Of a DNA stretch of 64,000 nucleotides, positions 24,451 to 33,486 are shown in pieces. Under the pieces are notes generated by a model. That model saw nothing but the letters and a program-made list of their open reading frames with translations, did no database searches and was not told where the DNA came from. Made by a program: the position numbers and the translations under genes. Within the stretch, counting starts at the first letter, position 1, and every line of letters starts with the position of its first letter. This DNA is from an uncultured Actinomycetes bacterium (GTDB taxonomy: Bacteria > Actinomycetota > Acidimicrobiia > IMCC26256 > DASPTH01): contig CAWELN010000006.1 of the NCBI GenBank assembly GCA_963809795.1, forward strand, positions 398,409-462,408, written 5' to 3'.

Positions 24451-25544
24451 GTGGAGCAGCTGGTCATCAGCTCCGATGACGATCCCCGTCGCATGACGCG
24501 CTTCGACCTCGCACCACCCCGCCACTTCGTGTTCCCCGCGGTCCTGCTCCTGCTGTCCGAGGAGCCGAGCTACGGCTACGAGCTGGTCAAGGGCCTCCGG
24601 ACCTTTCGCTTCGGCACCGTCGACCGTCCCGCCGTGTACCGCGCGCTGGCCCAGCTCGAGAAGGACGGCCTGGTGGAGTCGCGGTCGGCCCAGTCGAAGG
24701 CGGGGACCGCGCGGCGCGTGTACCGGCTGACCGAAGCCGGCGAGATCGCCCTGCGGCGGTGGATGGGCGTGATGAAGGAGGAGCGCGACGGGCTCGACCG
24801 CGTGTTGCGCCGCTACCGCGCCACCGCGACCCCCCAGGCGCTGCTGGCCGACGCCGGAGTGCGGTCGGAGGTGCTCTCGGCGCCGCCGGTCATGGCGACG
24901 TCCCCCGCGTCCGACGGCGCCCCGACCACCGGCCTGCGCGTGGTCCCCGCCCTCGACGGCCGGCCGGTCGCGGCGCGGGCGCGGTCGACGGGTCCGACGT
25001 TCGGCACTGCGCGTACCGCCTGCTCCCCGACCGCTCGGCGGTGCTCATCGAGGCCCGGTCGAGCGTCGGGCCGATCACGTTCGGCGCCCTCGGCATCACC
25101 GGCACCATCGGGGTGCAGGCGGTCGGGGAGCAGGTGACGGCCGACGAGGCCGCGTCCGCCCACCTCGAGATCCCCGTCGCCGCGCTCAGCTCGGGGAACG
25201 GTCTCTACGACGCCGAGCTGCGCCGACGGGTGGACGCGGCGCGGTTCCCGGTCGCGACGCTCGACCTCGATCGCTGCCTGGTTGGGGGTTCGGGCGACCA
25301 CCTGACGCTCGAGGGCCGCATCGACTTCCACGGGGTGACCCGCAGCCTCCAGGGCCAGGTGGCCGCCGCGATCCCGAGTCCCGGGCGGTTGGCCGCGACC
25401 GGCGACCAGGTCCTCGACATCCGCGACTTCGGCGTGTCGTCCCCGACCGTCCTGATGTTCCGGATCTACCCGCAGGTCACGGTGAAGCTCCAGGTCGAGG
25501 CCGAGCTCGCGCCGGACGACGAGGACGGAGGTCCCGAACGATGA
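24451..25544 (+). CDS. PadR-family wHTH fused to a YceI domain (one base missing at ~25013)
   Basis: PadR motifs SYGYEL, VYRAL..LE.DGLV, RRVY.LT..G; adding one base gives ...TARYRLLPDRSAVLIEARSS, matching the N-terminus of the YceI at 39110; SGN..YDAELR, FHGVTR, DIRDFG. Confidence 0.75.
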
Positions 25545-25792
25545 AGGTGCTGATCGCGCTGGTGGGTGGCTACCTGATCGGCGCCCGCGCCGGCAGCCGC
25601 GACTTCGACCAGCTCAGCAAGTCGCTGCGCGCGCTCTACGAGTCGGAGGAGTTCGACGACTTCGTGAGCGCGTTGCGCACCCACGCCAGTCACACGTTGC
25701 GCGAGCTGGCCGACGTCCTCGATTCGGGGGGCGAGCTGGTCCCGACCCACGACCTCGTCGAGCGCGTGCGGCAGCTCGCCGCCCGCGACTGA
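25541..25792 (+). CDS. Small hypothetical protein with N-terminal hydrophobic helix
   Basis: ATGA overlap with the preceding gene, GGAG RBS, GYLIGARAG. Confidence 0.7.
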   Translation: MKVLIALVGGYLIGARAGSRDFDQLSKSLRALYESEEFDDFVSALRTHASHTLRELADVLDSGGELVPTHDLVERVRQLAARD

Positions 25793-25799
25793 CGTGGTG

Positions 25800-26603
25800 T
25801 CAGGCGTCGGTCACGTCGCGGCCGATGCCGCGGAGCCCGACCACGTCGCCGGATGTGCCGATCGCGGGTTCGGCCCGGGTCGACAGGTTCCGGCGGGAGC
25901 CGTCACCGCGCTGGATCGCGTAGTCGACGTCGACGGCGCGACCGGTGGCGACGGCGCGTTCCAGCGCGTCCCGCACCTGCGACCGTTCCTCGGGGACGAT
26001 GCGCCCGAGGTGCGCCTCGATGGTGCCCTCGAACTCGAGGGGATCGACCCCATGGATGCGATGGAACTCCGCGCTCCACTGCACGGTGCCGGTGGGCACG
26101 TCCCACAGCCACCGGCCGACGTGCGCGAGGGCCTCGCTCTCCTGCAGCCGCGCCTCGGATTCGGCCAGCAACTGCTGCGCGATGCGCTGCTCGGTGGTGT
26201 CCACCGCGATCGCCACCGCGCCGCAGCGCGCGCCGTCGGCGTCGACGACCGGGTGCAACGACAGCGAGACCGACACGGGCATCCCGGTGCGGCGCTCGAA
26301 GGTCGTCTCCCACCGGTCGACCCGGTCACCCGCCAGCACCGCGTCGACGAGCGTCGCGGCGTGCTCACGGAGGTCGCTCGGGAACAGAACGGGCAACGGA
26401 CCACCGAACACGTGGTCGGCCGCGTAGCCGCAGAGCCGTTCCGCGCCGCGGTTCCAGAGCACGATGCGTCCCTGTGCATCCATCGCGAACATCGCGTCGT
26501 TCGCGGCGTCGACGAGGGTCTCGAGCATCGCGAGTCGTCGCGTCGTCGGGGAATCCGTCTGTACCGTGCGCGGGAGGCTACCCCGGTGTCCCGTCGTGCG
26601 CAC
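25800..26603 (-). CDS. Stand-alone tandem PAS/PAC-domain protein without an output domain
   Basis: DAQGRIVLWNRGAERLCGY and GRWLWDV..GTVQWS...GIGRDVT, then a stop; start uncertain. Confidence 0.75.
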   Translation of the reverse strand: MRTTGHRGSLPRTVQTDSPTTRRLAMLETLVDAANDAMFAMDAQGRIVLWNRGAERLCGYAADHVFGGPLPVLFPSDLREHAATLVDAVLAGDRVDRWETTFERRTGMPVSVSLSLHPVVDADGARCGAVAIAVDTTEQRIAQQLLAESEARLQESEALAHVGRWLWDVPTGTVQWSAEFHRIHGVDPLEFEGTIEAHLGRIVPEERSQVRDALERAVATGRAVDVDYAIQRGDGSRRNLSTRAEPAIGTSGDVVGLRGIGRDVTDA

Positions 26604-26617
26604 CCGGACGCGGCCCG

Positions 26618-27334
26618 ATGACGGCGCGACCCGAGACCACGGCCGAGGACCTGGCTGCGATCGCGCTCGCGTTGGCGCGCCGCTTCTCCGCCGGCGCCAC
26701 GATGTGGTGCCTCGCTCCCGACTGGCCGGAGCACGCGCACCACGTGGCGGTCGAGTTCGTGCACCCGGTGATCATGGGCAAGCGCGCACTGCCGGCGGTC
26801 GCGGTGGTCGACGACGACCCGGTCTCGTGCCTGCGTGTGCAGGTGCGCCGCCACGACGTCCTGCTCGTGGTGGGCCGGGAGTCGAACGCGGCCCGGACCG
26901 TGCTCGAGCGGGCCCGGATCTGGGGGCTGACCACCGTGTGGATCGGGTGCGGGTCCCGTCCCGCGCCCGGGGCAGCCGATCACGTGGTCTGGGTCGACGA
27001 CGACGGTCCCGCCGCGCCGTACGACGGCCGCCTGACCCAGCGGTACCACCTGCTCTGGGAGCTCACCCACGTGTGCTTCGAACATCCGGGCCTGCTCGCG
27101 TCGGTCGACGACTGTGCGGGCGAGGTCTGCATCACCTGCTCCGACGAAGGGAGCGTCGCCGAGGTGGTGGAGGGGGGGACGGCCCACGCAGTGGTGCGGG
27201 ACCCACGGGGTACCACCACCGTCGACACGCTGCTGGTGGGCGCGGTCGTCCCGGGGGACCTGGTGCTGCTCCACGCCGGCACGGCCATCGCACGCGTCGA
27301 CGCGGTCGGCGCGGTCGACGCCGGGAGGCCCTGA
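26618..27334 (+). CDS. SIS-like domain fused to a HypC/HupF-like domain
   Basis: HVAVEFVHPVIMGKRALPA, YHLLWELTHV, CITCSDEG...GDLVLLHAGTAI. Confidence 0.8.
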   Translation: MTARPETTAEDLAAIALALARRFSAGATMWCLAPDWPEHAHHVAVEFVHPVIMGKRALPAVAVVDDDPVSCLRVQVRRHDVLLVVGRESNAARTVLERARIWGLTTVWIGCGSRPAPGAADHVVWVDDDGPAAPYDGRLTQRYHLLWELTHVCFEHPGLLASVDDCAGEVCITCSDEGSVAEVVEGGTAHAVVRDPRGTTTVDTLLVGAVVPGDLVLLHAGTAIARVDAVGAVDAGRP

Positions 27335-27335
27335 C

Positions 27336-27995
27336 GTGGCCGAGGGCACCGACTTCCTGTATCCGTTCATCGAGGGCGACGAGCGCGACGCGGGCACCCT
27401 CCTCGTCGATCTCGCGGCGTCGGTGGAGGCCAAGGTCGCCGCCGGGGACGCGCTGCGCGAAGCCACGTTCGCCCGGCTCGGGACCGAGGTCGCCGCGACC
27501 GCGCGCTCGATGGCGGACCGCTTCCGCCGGGGTGGCCGGCTCTTCACGTTCGGGAACGGCGGGAGCGCCACCGACGCCCGCTCCCTGGCGTCGCTGTTCG
27601 GCCGCCCGCCCGCCGGTCGCCCGCTCCCGGCGCGGTGCCTGGTCGACGACCCTGCCGTGCTCACCGCCCTGGCCAACGACGTCGGCTTCGAGCTGGTCTT
27701 CACCCGCCAGCTCATCGCCCATGCCGGGCCCGACGACATCGCGGTGGGCATCTCGACCAGCGGCAACTCCCGCAACCTGCTGCGCGCGCTCGAGCACGCG
27801 GCGCGCACCGGCCTGCTCACGCTCGGGTTGGCGGGCTACGACGGCGGCGACATGCAGAGGTGCGGCGCGCTCGACGCCTGCTTCGTCGTCGAATCCGACA
27901 GCGTGCACCGCATCCAGGAGGTGCAGGCGGCGTTGGCCTGGCGCCTGTGGTCGGAGGTCCAGGCGTGCCTCGACGAGGACGCGACCGGTGTCTGA
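27336..27995 (+). CDS. GmhA-like SIS-domain (phosphoheptose isomerase family) protein
   Basis: FGNGGSATDA, LTALAND, STSGNS, HRIQE. Confidence 0.88.
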   Translation: MAEGTDFLYPFIEGDERDAGTLLVDLAASVEAKVAAGDALREATFARLGTEVAATARSMADRFRRGGRLFTFGNGGSATDARSLASLFGRPPAGRPLPARCLVDDPAVLTALANDVGFELVFTRQLIAHAGPDDIAVGISTSGNSRNLLRALEHAARTGLLTLGLAGYDGGDMQRCGALDACFVVESDSVHRIQEVQAALAWRLWSEVQACLDEDATGV

Positions 27996-29088
27996 CGCCG
28001 CCGCGCCGATGCCGGGCGACCGCGAAGCCGCGGTCCTCGACCGCATCACCGCCTTCCGGCGTCGTCGGCCGCGCCTCACCGACGACGTGGTGACCCTCGC
28101 GCACGGCGCAGGCGGGAAGGCGTCGGCGGCGCTGGTGGACTCGGTGTTCCTCGACGCGTTCGCGCACGGCGACCCCGGCCCCTTGCCCGACGCGGCGACG
28201 TTGTCGCTCGCCGGCGGGGTCCGACTCGCCTTCAGCACCGACTCGTTCGTGGTGCAACCGCTGCGGTTCCCAGGCGGCTCCATCGGCCACCTCGCGGTGC
28301 ACGGCACCGTGAACGACCTCGCGGTGCAGGGCGCGGAGCCCCGCTGGCTGTCGGCGGCGTTCGTGCTCGAGGAGGGGTTCCCGATCGACGAGCTGCGCGG
28401 CATCGTCGCCGACATGGCCGACGCGGCCCGGGCCGCCCACGTGGAGATCGTCACCGGCGACACCAAGGTGGTCGGGCGCGGCGCGGCCGACGGCATGTTC
28501 GTCACCACCGCGGGCGTCGGCGTCATCCCCGAGGGACGAACGCTCGATGCCGCCCGCGTGGAACCGGGTGACGTCGTGCTCGTCTCGGGCACCATCGCCG
28601 ACCACGGGATGGCGGTGATGCTCGCACGCGGCGACCTCTCGCTCGAGAGCGACATCCGCTCCGACACCGCACCCGTGGGCGTGCTGGTCGACGCGCTCCT
28701 GACCGCGGCGCCGCGGACGCGGTGGCTGCGCGATCCCACGCGCGGTGGCGTCGGCACCGTCTGCAACGAGCTGGCGCGCGACTCGGGCCTGGCCGTGGTC
28801 CTCGACGAGGCCGACCTCCCTGTCCTCCCGGCGGTGAACGGTGCGTGCGACCTCCTCGGGATCGATCCGCTGATGGTGGCCAACGAGGGCAAGGTGGTCG
28901 CGGTCGTGGCGCCCGAGGAGGCCGACGACGCGCTGCGGGCGATGCGCGCACACCCGTTGGGCGGTGACGCGGCGCGCATCGGGGAGATCGCGGCCGAGCC
29001 CGAGGGCATCGTCGTGCTCCGCACGACGTTCGGCGGCACCCGCATCGTCGACATGCTCGTCGGGGACCCGCTGCCCCGGATCTGCTGA
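27988..29088 (+). CDS. hypE: Carbamoyl dehydratase HypE
   Basis: HGAGG, TDSFVV, GDTKVV, RDPTRGG, C-terminal PRIC. Confidence 0.96.
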   Translation: MSDAAAPMPGDREAAVLDRITAFRRRRPRLTDDVVTLAHGAGGKASAALVDSVFLDAFAHGDPGPLPDAATLSLAGGVRLAFSTDSFVVQPLRFPGGSIGHLAVHGTVNDLAVQGAEPRWLSAAFVLEEGFPIDELRGIVADMADAARAAHVEIVTGDTKVVGRGAADGMFVTTAGVGVIPEGRTLDAARVEPGDVVLVSGTIADHGMAVMLARGDLSLESDIRSDTAPVGVLVDALLTAAPRTRWLRDPTRGGVGTVCNELARDSGLAVVLDEADLPVLPAVNGACDLLGIDPLMVANEGKVVAVVAPEEADDALRAMRAHPLGGDAARIGEIAAEPEGIVVLRTTFGGTRIVDMLVGDPLPRIC

Positions 29089-29095
29089 GGCCACG

Positions 29096-31369
29096 GTGGT
29101 CCGCACGTTGCTGCGCGTCACCGGCACCGTGCAGGGAGTCGGCTTCCGCCCGTTCGTGTACCGGCACGCGGTCGCGCTCGGCCTCGTCGGCACCGTGCGC
29201 AACGACAGCGAGGGCGTGCTGATCGACGTCGAGGGCGACCCGGCCGGCGTCGCCGCGCTGGAGCGGGTCCTGACCGAGTCGCCCCCGCCGCTGGCCCGCG
29301 TGGCATCGGTGGAGGCGCGCCCGGTCGCGCCCGACGGCGAGCGCGACGACTTCCGCATCGTCGAGACCGACGCGGTCGGGCCGCTGGCGACCGCGGTGAG
29401 CATCGACACCGCCGCGTGCGACGACTGCCTGGCCGAGGTGGACGATCCGGGGGATCGCCGCTACCGGTACCCGTTCACGAACTGCACCAACTGCGGGCCC
29501 CGCTACACCATCACCCGGCGCGTGCCGTACGACCGGCCCACCACGACCATGGCCGGCTTCTCGATGTGCGCGCGGTGCCGGGCCGAGTACGACGACCCGG
29601 GCGACCGCCGCTTCCATGCCCAACCGAACGCCTGCCCGGACTGCGGGCCGCGCGTGTCCTGGCGCGATGCGCAGGGGGTGCCCGGTGCCGACGGCGACGA
29701 CGCGCTGGACGCCGCCGTTGCCGCGCTGGCGAGCGGGGCGATCGTCGGCGTGAAGGGGATCGGTGGCTTCCACCTGGCCGTGCGGGCCGACGACGAGGAT
29801 CGCGTCGCCGAGCTCCGACGGCGCAAGGCACGCGACGACAAGCCGTTCGCGGTGATGGTGGCCGACGTCGCCGCCGCCGACGCGGTCGGGATGCTCGACG
29901 ACCGGGCGCGGGCGGTCCTCACGTCGCCGGCACGACCGATCGTGATCGTCCCGCGACGCGACGTCGGCACGATCGCGCCCTCGGTCGCACCGGGATCGCC
30001 CGACCTCGGGGTGTTCCTCCCGTATTCGCCGCTCCATCATCTCCTGGTGCGGGGCGTCGGGGCGCCGCTGGTGATGACGAGCGGGAACCGCAGCGACGAC
30101 CCGATCGCGCACGACGACGCCGACGCCGTCGCCCGCCTGGGCCCGCTGGTCGACGCCTTCCTCACCCACGACCGCCCCATCCACATCCGCTGCGACGACT
30201 CGGTGGTGCGGGCGACCCCGCGCCGCGTGCAGGTGCTCCGGCGGTCGCGCGGCTACGCGCCCGAACCGCTCCGGCTCCCCGGCGCGGCCTCGCGTGCGGT
30301 GCTGGCGGTCGGGGGTGAGCTGAAGTGCACCATCGCGGTCACCCGCGAGCACGACGTCGTCGCCGGCCACCACCTCGGCGACCTCGAGCACCTCGCCACG
30401 TACGAGTCGTTCCTCCAGTCGCTCGCGCACCTGCCGGCGCTGTACGGCGTGTCACCGGAGGTCGTCGCGCACGACCTCCACCCGGAGTACCTGTCGTCGA
30501 AGCTGGCGCGCGACCTCGACGTCCCCACCGTCGCGGTGCAGCACCACCACGCACACGTCGCCGCGTGCATGGTCGAGCACGAGCGGCGCGACCCGGTCGT
30601 CGCGCTGGCGTTCGACGGCCTCGGGTACGGGCCCGACGGCACCCTCTGGGGCGGCGAGGTGCTGGTGGCCGGGTTCGACGGCTTCGAGCGCGTCGGCCAT
30701 CTGCGGTCGGTGCCCATGCCCGGGGGCGCGGCGGCGATCCGGGAGCCGTGGCGCATGGCGACGGTCTGGGGTGAGCTCGCCACCGGCGATGCGATCGCGG
30801 TGCGCGGCGTCGACCCCGCCCGCGTCGCCGACGTGCGCAACCTCGCCGGCCGGCCGTCGACCCTGACCACCACCAGCATGGGCCGCTTGTTCGACGCGGT
30901 CGCGGTGCTCCTCGGCGGGCGCACGTCGGTGAGCTACGAGGCCCAGGCCGCCATCGAGCTGGAGTGGTCGGCGCGGCGGGCGGCACCGGGCGACCGGCTC
31001 GACCGGGCTGACCTGGCCGACCTCGTGTCCGTCGCGGACGGCGACGGCGGCCTCGTCCTCGACCCCGGCGCGCTCGTGGCCCGGCTCGTCGCCGAGCGCC
31101 GGGCGGGTACCGACGTCGCGGTGCTCTCGGCCGGGTTCCACGACGCCATCGGGCGCGCCGCAGTCCGGGTCGCGGCCGAGATCGCGCGGACGCGCGGCAT
31201 CGACGCGGTCGTCCTCACCGGCGGCGTCTTCCAGAACACCTACCTCACCGAGGTGGTCGAGTGCGGTCTCGCGGCGGAGGGGCTGCGGGTCCTCGTGCAC
31301 GCCCGAGTGCCGCCGAACGACGGTGGGCTCAGCATCGGCCAGGCGGCGATCGCCGCCCTCGGCACGTAA
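29096..31369 (+). CDS. hypF: Carbamoyltransferase HypF
   Basis: GTVQGVGFRP, zinc fingers, HDLHP, QHHHAH, PPNDGG. Confidence 0.96.
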   Translation: MVRTLLRVTGTVQGVGFRPFVYRHAVALGLVGTVRNDSEGVLIDVEGDPAGVAALERVLTESPPPLARVASVEARPVAPDGERDDFRIVETDAVGPLATAVSIDTAACDDCLAEVDDPGDRRYRYPFTNCTNCGPRYTITRRVPYDRPTTTMAGFSMCARCRAEYDDPGDRRFHAQPNACPDCGPRVSWRDAQGVPGADGDDALDAAVAALASGAIVGVKGIGGFHLAVRADDEDRVAELRRRKARDDKPFAVMVADVAAADAVGMLDDRARAVLTSPARPIVIVPRRDVGTIAPSVAPGSPDLGVFLPYSPLHHLLVRGVGAPLVMTSGNRSDDPIAHDDADAVARLGPLVDAFLTHDRPIHIRCDDSVVRATPRRVQVLRRSRGYAPEPLRLPGAASRAVLAVGGELKCTIAVTREHDVVAGHHLGDLEHLATYESFLQSLAHLPALYGVSPEVVAHDLHPEYLSSKLARDLDVPTVAVQHHHAHVAACMVEHERRDPVVALAFDGLGYGPDGTLWGGEVLVAGFDGFERVGHLRSVPMPGGAAAIREPWRMATVWGELATGDAIAVRGVDPARVADVRNLAGRPSTLTTTSMGRLFDAVAVLLGGRTSVSYEAQAAIELEWSARRAAPGDRLDRADLADLVSVADGDGGLVLDPGALVARLVAERRAGTDVAVLSAGFHDAIGRAAVRVAAEIARTRGIDAVVLTGGVFQNTYLTEVVECGLAAEGLRVLVHARVPPNDGGLSIGQAAIAALGT

Positions 31370-31381
31370 CGGGCCGCGCGG

Positions 31382-32291
31382 TCAGGAACCGCGGAAGGGA
31401 GGCGCGGCACCCCGGCCCATGCCCCAGCTCATGCCCCCGAGGCGGCCCTCCTCGAGCAGATCGGGGCCCCGCACGTCGTACGCGGTGAGCAGGCCTTCGC
31501 CGTCGTCGCCCCGGTTCATCGCGATGCACGGGGCGCGGAACGGGCACCGCGCGCAGTGCACCCACGACGGGTCGGGGTCGATGCGGACGTCCGGGTCGAT
31601 CATGTCCAGGACGACTCGCGCCAACCGGCGCGCCGCGCCGGCCTTCTCGACGTCCGACCGCGGGACCAACCGCCGCCGGTACGCCGGCGGGTCGATGCGC
31701 AGCTCCGTGTACTGGACGCCCGCGATCGTCGTGGCCAGCTCGATCTCCTCCCAGGCCCAGCACGCGAGCGCAGGCGCGCTCGTCGAGCCGGAGCTCGTCG
31801 TCGTCGGCGAACTGCCGGACCACGCGGTGCTCACCGAGCCAGCACCGGTCGTCGTCGTCGACCAACACCAGGTCGATGCGGTCCCGGTAGCGCACCGCGT
31901 CGCCCGCGGTGCTGGCCAGGTGGGTGTCGGGGAGCACCGGGTCGGGGACGTGCACGTCGATGTCGGCCTCGACGCGCAGGGGCGTCCCCTCGTCGGCCGT
32001 GGCCGCCCACCGCAGGAACCCCTCGAGGAGCGCGCGACCGTCGGCCGGCCCGCCCGCCTGCTCGTACGCCGCGTGGACGAACGGCTCGACGATCGTCCGG
32101 TCCCAGGCCCACATGCCGGGGAAGTAGTGCACCGCCAGCGCGGCCCGGAGCGCCACCACCAGGCTCCCGTCCGGCTCGAGCGGGGCGGCGTGGGGCACCA
32201 GTCCCCGCCGGGCCCGGGCGCCGAGATCCCAGGCGCGCCGGCAGCGACCGAACCACTCCCGGTCGTCGGGGGTGACGACGAACTTGGGCAT
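31382..32291 (-). CDS. PD-(D/E)XK superfamily Cas4/AddB-like protein with four conserved Cys; frameshift at ~31772
   Basis: N-terminal F.RCRR, VEA, RIDLV...GEHR, C-terminal HCARCPFRAPC; joins ORFs 31329-32342 and 31382-32731. Confidence 0.7.
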
Positions 32292-32344
32292 CGCCTCATT
32301 CGACGCCTGCGCCCGCCGCCGGTCAAAGGGTGCGCAAGACACTC

Positions 32345-32370
32345 ATTTACAGGTCCGGGGGAGGGGGGTA
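32345..32370 (+). promoter_or_regulatory. Possible SigF/SigB-type promoter ATTT-N17-GGGTA upstream of hhyS
   Basis: Resembles GTTT-N15-17-GGGTA. Confidence 0.4.
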
Positions 32371-32426
32371 CACCCGGGATGGCGGACCAACGCCCCGCCC
32401 ATGGGTCGAGCGCGGGAGGCCCCATC

Positions 32427-33482
32427 GTGACCAGCACGCAAGCCCCTCCGGACGAGACCGTCGTCCACATCCTCTGGATCAACGCCGGGCTGAGCTGTGA
32501 CGGCGACTCGGTCGCCCTCACCGCGGCGACCCAGCCCAGCATCGAGGAGATCGCGCTCGGCGCCCTGCCCGGCCTCCCGAAGATCGCGGTGCACTGGCCG
32601 CTGATCGACTTCGAGTGCGGCCCGGTCGGCGGCGCCGACGACTTCATCGAGTGGTTCTTCAAGGCCGACCGCGGCGAGCTCGAGCCGTTCGTGCTGGTGG
32701 TGGAGGGCTCGATCCCCAACGAGGCGATCAAGAGCGAGGGCTACTGGTGCGGGTTCGGCAACAACCCGGAGACGGACCAGCCGATGACGACGAGCGAGTG
32801 GCTCGACCGCCTGGCGCCGAAGGCGCTGGCGGTGCTCGCGGTCGGCACGTGCGCGGCCTACGGCGGCATCCACGCCATGGCCGGCAACCCGACCGGCGCG
32901 ATGGGCGTGCCCGACTACCTCGGGTGGGGCTGGAAGTCGAAGGCGGGCCTGCCCATCGTGTGCGTGCCCGGGTGCCCCGTGCACCCGGACAACCTCTCCG
33001 AGACCATCCTCTACCTCCTGTACCAGGCGACCGGCCAGGCGCCGATGATCCCGCTCGACGACGCGCTGCGACCGCAATGGCTGTTCGGCGCCACCGTGCA
33101 CGAGGGCTGCGACCGCGCCGGCTACTACGAGCAGGGCGACTTCGCGACCGAGTACGGCTCGCCGAAGTGCATCGTGAAGCTCGGGTGCTGGGGCCCGGTG
33201 GTGAAGTGCAACGTGCCCAAGCGCGGCTGGATCAACGGTGTCGGCGGGTGCCCGAACGTCGGTGGCATCTGCATCGGGTGCACGATGCCCGGCTTCCCGG
33301 ACAAGTTCATGCCGTTCATGGACGAACCACCCGGCGCGCGCGTGTCGACGATGGCGAGCGGGGTGTACGGCAGCGCGATCCGCGGGCTGCGCCGCATCAC
33401 CGCCAAGACCATCGACGAGGAACCGAAGTGGCGGACACCCGGCACGAAGCTCACGACCGGCTACCAGGGCGAGTGGAGGTAA
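32427..33482 (+). CDS. hhyS: Group 1h [NiFe]-hydrogenase small subunit
   Basis: GLSCDGDS, GTCAAYGG, PGCP, HEGCDR, GGCPNVGGICIGC; no Tat signal; GGGAGG RBS (alternative ATG at 32379). Confidence 0.95.
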   Translation: MTSTQAPPDETVVHILWINAGLSCDGDSVALTAATQPSIEEIALGALPGLPKIAVHWPLIDFECGPVGGADDFIEWFFKADRGELEPFVLVVEGSIPNEAIKSEGYWCGFGNNPETDQPMTTSEWLDRLAPKALAVLAVGTCAAYGGIHAMAGNPTGAMGVPDYLGWGWKSKAGLPIVCVPGCPVHPDNLSETILYLLYQATGQAPMIPLDDALRPQWLFGATVHEGCDRAGYYEQGDFATEYGSPKCIVKLGCWGPVVKCNVPKRGWINGVGGCPNVGGICIGCTMPGFPDKFMPFMDEPPGARVSTMASGVYGSAIRGLRRITAKTIDEEPKWRTPGTKLTTGYQGEWR

Positions 33483-33486
33483 TCCG

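Noticed and set aside
25005-25020. Programmed ribosomal frameshift producing PadR versus PadR-YceI
   Set aside because: No slippery heptamer is visible, and the window has many similar indels; error is more parsimonious pending a read check
26464-27987. Long N-terminal extensions of HypE (874 aa), HhyS (719 aa) and the HhaC-like ORF (875 aa)
   Set aside because: The extensions overlap real upstream genes in other frames; downstream starts with RBS or stop-start overlap fit better
31382-32291. Cas4 as evidence of a CRISPR-Cas locus
   Set aside because: No cas1/cas2 or array in the window, and the catalytic motif is altered
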